This document shows, piece after piece, positions 62,609-64,000 of a stretch of DNA of 64,000 nucleotides. Made by a program: the position numbers and the translations under genes. Location: positions 1,856,001-1,920,000 of the forward strand of contig CBDCXV010000011.1 in assembly GCA_965223905.1 (NCBI GenBank), read 5' to 3'. The stretch is from Candidatus Latescibacterota bacterium (GTDB taxonomy: Bacteria; Latescibacterota; UBA2968; UBA8231). The stretch's first letter is position 1. The number at the start of each line of letters is the position of its first letter. The notes below the pieces were generated by a model. The model searched no databases and had not been told where the DNA came from. It was given only the letters and a program-made list of their open reading frames with translations.

Positions 62609-62613
62609 ACGAC

Positions 62614-64000
62614 TCAGGGAACTCGAAGCTCGACGGCTGTTTCGTACAGCCTCGTCGGTTGTTTAACCGTACCAATACGAACGGACGAGTTGACGATGCT
62701 GTTGCCGGTGCGTTTGCTGCGCACCTCGTGCAGATCGACAATTTCGAATCCCTCCGTCTCCGCGATCTCAGCAAACAACCTGTCCGTACGGAACTCAATC
62801 CCTTGGAGAATGTTGTTTCCGATGACCACAACGACCTTGCCGCCGGACCTCATGCGGCTCAGCGTAAGCGCACAGAACCGCTGGCAGTCGTTGAAGTACG
62901 TCGCGGCGTAGTTCGCCCATCCAGGTCCGCCATAGGCTCCCTTTTCCGCATTCCGCTCCCTTAGATCCTTCAACTGCGCGGCCAGGTGCGGAAGAGGGGG
63001 ACGCAACGGGATCTCCGGCCCTGTCCGTACCGTCTGCCAGAACTGCCCGAAGCTTTTGTGCTCGATCTCTTTCAGATCCTTCGAATCCTGCACCATTCCC
63101 AGCCAGAACATGTGCGGTCTGGTATTTCGGATGTAGTGGTAGTTATTGAGGTAGGGCGGCGAAGTGACGACCACGTCGATGCTGTGCGGCTCGACTCTGC
63201 CGGCATCGTCGAAATAGGAGGATGGATGGATGGTTGAACGTGGTAGCCGCTTGAACTGGGACATCCAGCACTGAAAGGTGGCGATGTCTTCGCACATTTC
63301 CCGCAGCTTGCGCTTGACGACGCTAAACACGTCCGCGTAATCGATTTCGGCCTTTCCGGCTGCCGCCCTGGTTCCCAGGCTCGGTTCGTAGGAATAGTTG
63401 GAAAAGCCGACCATCACGGCCCCGAACGCCACCTGGAATAGATCCTTGAGCCAGCCTGCCGTTTCCTCGGCGATGAAATCCTGGCATGCCAGCGCCTGCC
63501 GCTCCACCGCCGGACTAAAAAACGGGACCCGGCTTCTGAACCCCGCAGGGGGAAGAGATGCCGTTCCCCCGTCCATCCACAGTTTTTCTTCGGCGAACTC
63601 CTCGAAACGGTCGAGCAAAGTCTTGAGCATCTCGACGTCGTAGTGCGCAGCACCTGTCTTGGCTTTGCAGGCGAGCGCTGCCCATGGGTTTATTTCGAAT
63701 CCGATGGCATCGTCCCCATGCTTGAGAGCCTCGACGAGGGTCGTGCCGACCCCTACAAACGGATCTAGCACGCGAAGCCGCCGTCGCCCGCGTCTCGAAT
63801 CGTCGAGCACGCCGGCGACAAACGAACTGGAGAACCCCGCGATCCAGGGAACCCAGCGGTGGAGGGTGCGGTCGTGATTTTCTGAAAAGGCGGTGTCCCG
63901 AAATCCCGAGAGCTGCAGCTCGTACTGTGCCTCGGGCTCTGGGGCAGCGGGTCCGGGGCCTCCAGGGCCCCCCAACTGCCCGTCAATGCCAAGGTCGGCC
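62614..64000 (-). CDS. Amino-DNA methyltransferase (SPPY type, likely N4-cytosine); may start beyond the window edge
   Basis: HRWVPWIAGFS, LDPFVGVGTT (motif I) and TSPPY (motif IV); the frame is open to the window end; convergent with the endonuclease. Confidence 0.85.
   Translation of the reverse strand, partial: ADLGIDGQLGGPGGPGPAAPEPEAQYELQLSGFRDTAFSENHDRTLHRWVPWIAGFSSSFVAGVLDDSRRGRRRLRVLDPFVGVGTTLVEALKHGDDAIGFEINPWAALACKAKTGAAHYDVEMLKTLLDRFEEFAEEKLWMDGGTASLPPAGFRSRVPFFSPAVERQALACQDFIAEETAGWLKDLFQVAFGAVMVGFSNYSYEPSLGTRAAAGKAEIDYADVFSVVKRKLREMCEDIATFQCWMSQFKRLPRSTIHPSSYFDDAGRVEPHSIDVVVTSPPYLNNYHYIRNTRPHMFWLGMVQDSKDLKEIEHKSFGQFWQTVRTGPEIPLRPPLPHLAAQLKDLRERNAEKGAYGGPGWANYAATYFNDCQRFCALTLSRMRSGGKVVVVIGNNILQGIEFRTDRLFAEIAETEGFEIVDLHEVRSKRTGNSIVNSSVRIGTVKQPTRLYETAVELRVP

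Overview
High-GC bacterial chromosomal window; a C-terminal 'SAVESVSWGRIKA' motif suggests, by inference only, a Latescibacterota/Poribacteria-like lineage. From left to right it holds: tRNA-Leu, secG, tpiA, pgk and a PFK with PPi-type motifs; comF, an M16 peptidase and tRNA-Met; a nucleotide-sugar modification operon; TolC, DksA, Mrp, M23, RsmF and GH113 genes; a candidate sigma54-driven small RNA; a futalosine menaquinone operon with an embedded YjhG/YagF-type dehydratase; a sensorless kinase and NtrC-family regulator upstream of a sigma54 promoter for an EIIA + sigma70-family gene pair; and a ~17 kb nitrogen-scavenging island. The island contains a NifA-like GAF activator, amtB, glnK, a porin, glnA, ureD, a NitT/TauT ABC transporter, a GdmH-like guanidine hydrolase, a CbiX-like ORF and urease ureAB/C/F/G. 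A paired palindrome (consensus CGACA-N4-TGTCG, 29-30 bp spacing) recurs at three of its promoters. Several island genes carry single-base frameshifts, which could be assembly errors or decay. The window ends with hemC, cobA-hemD, an AIR-synthase-like gene, a nonsense-interrupted secreted protein, an Fe-ADH and an Eco29kI-like restriction-modification pair. All calls come from motif recognition by eye; no database searches were run.
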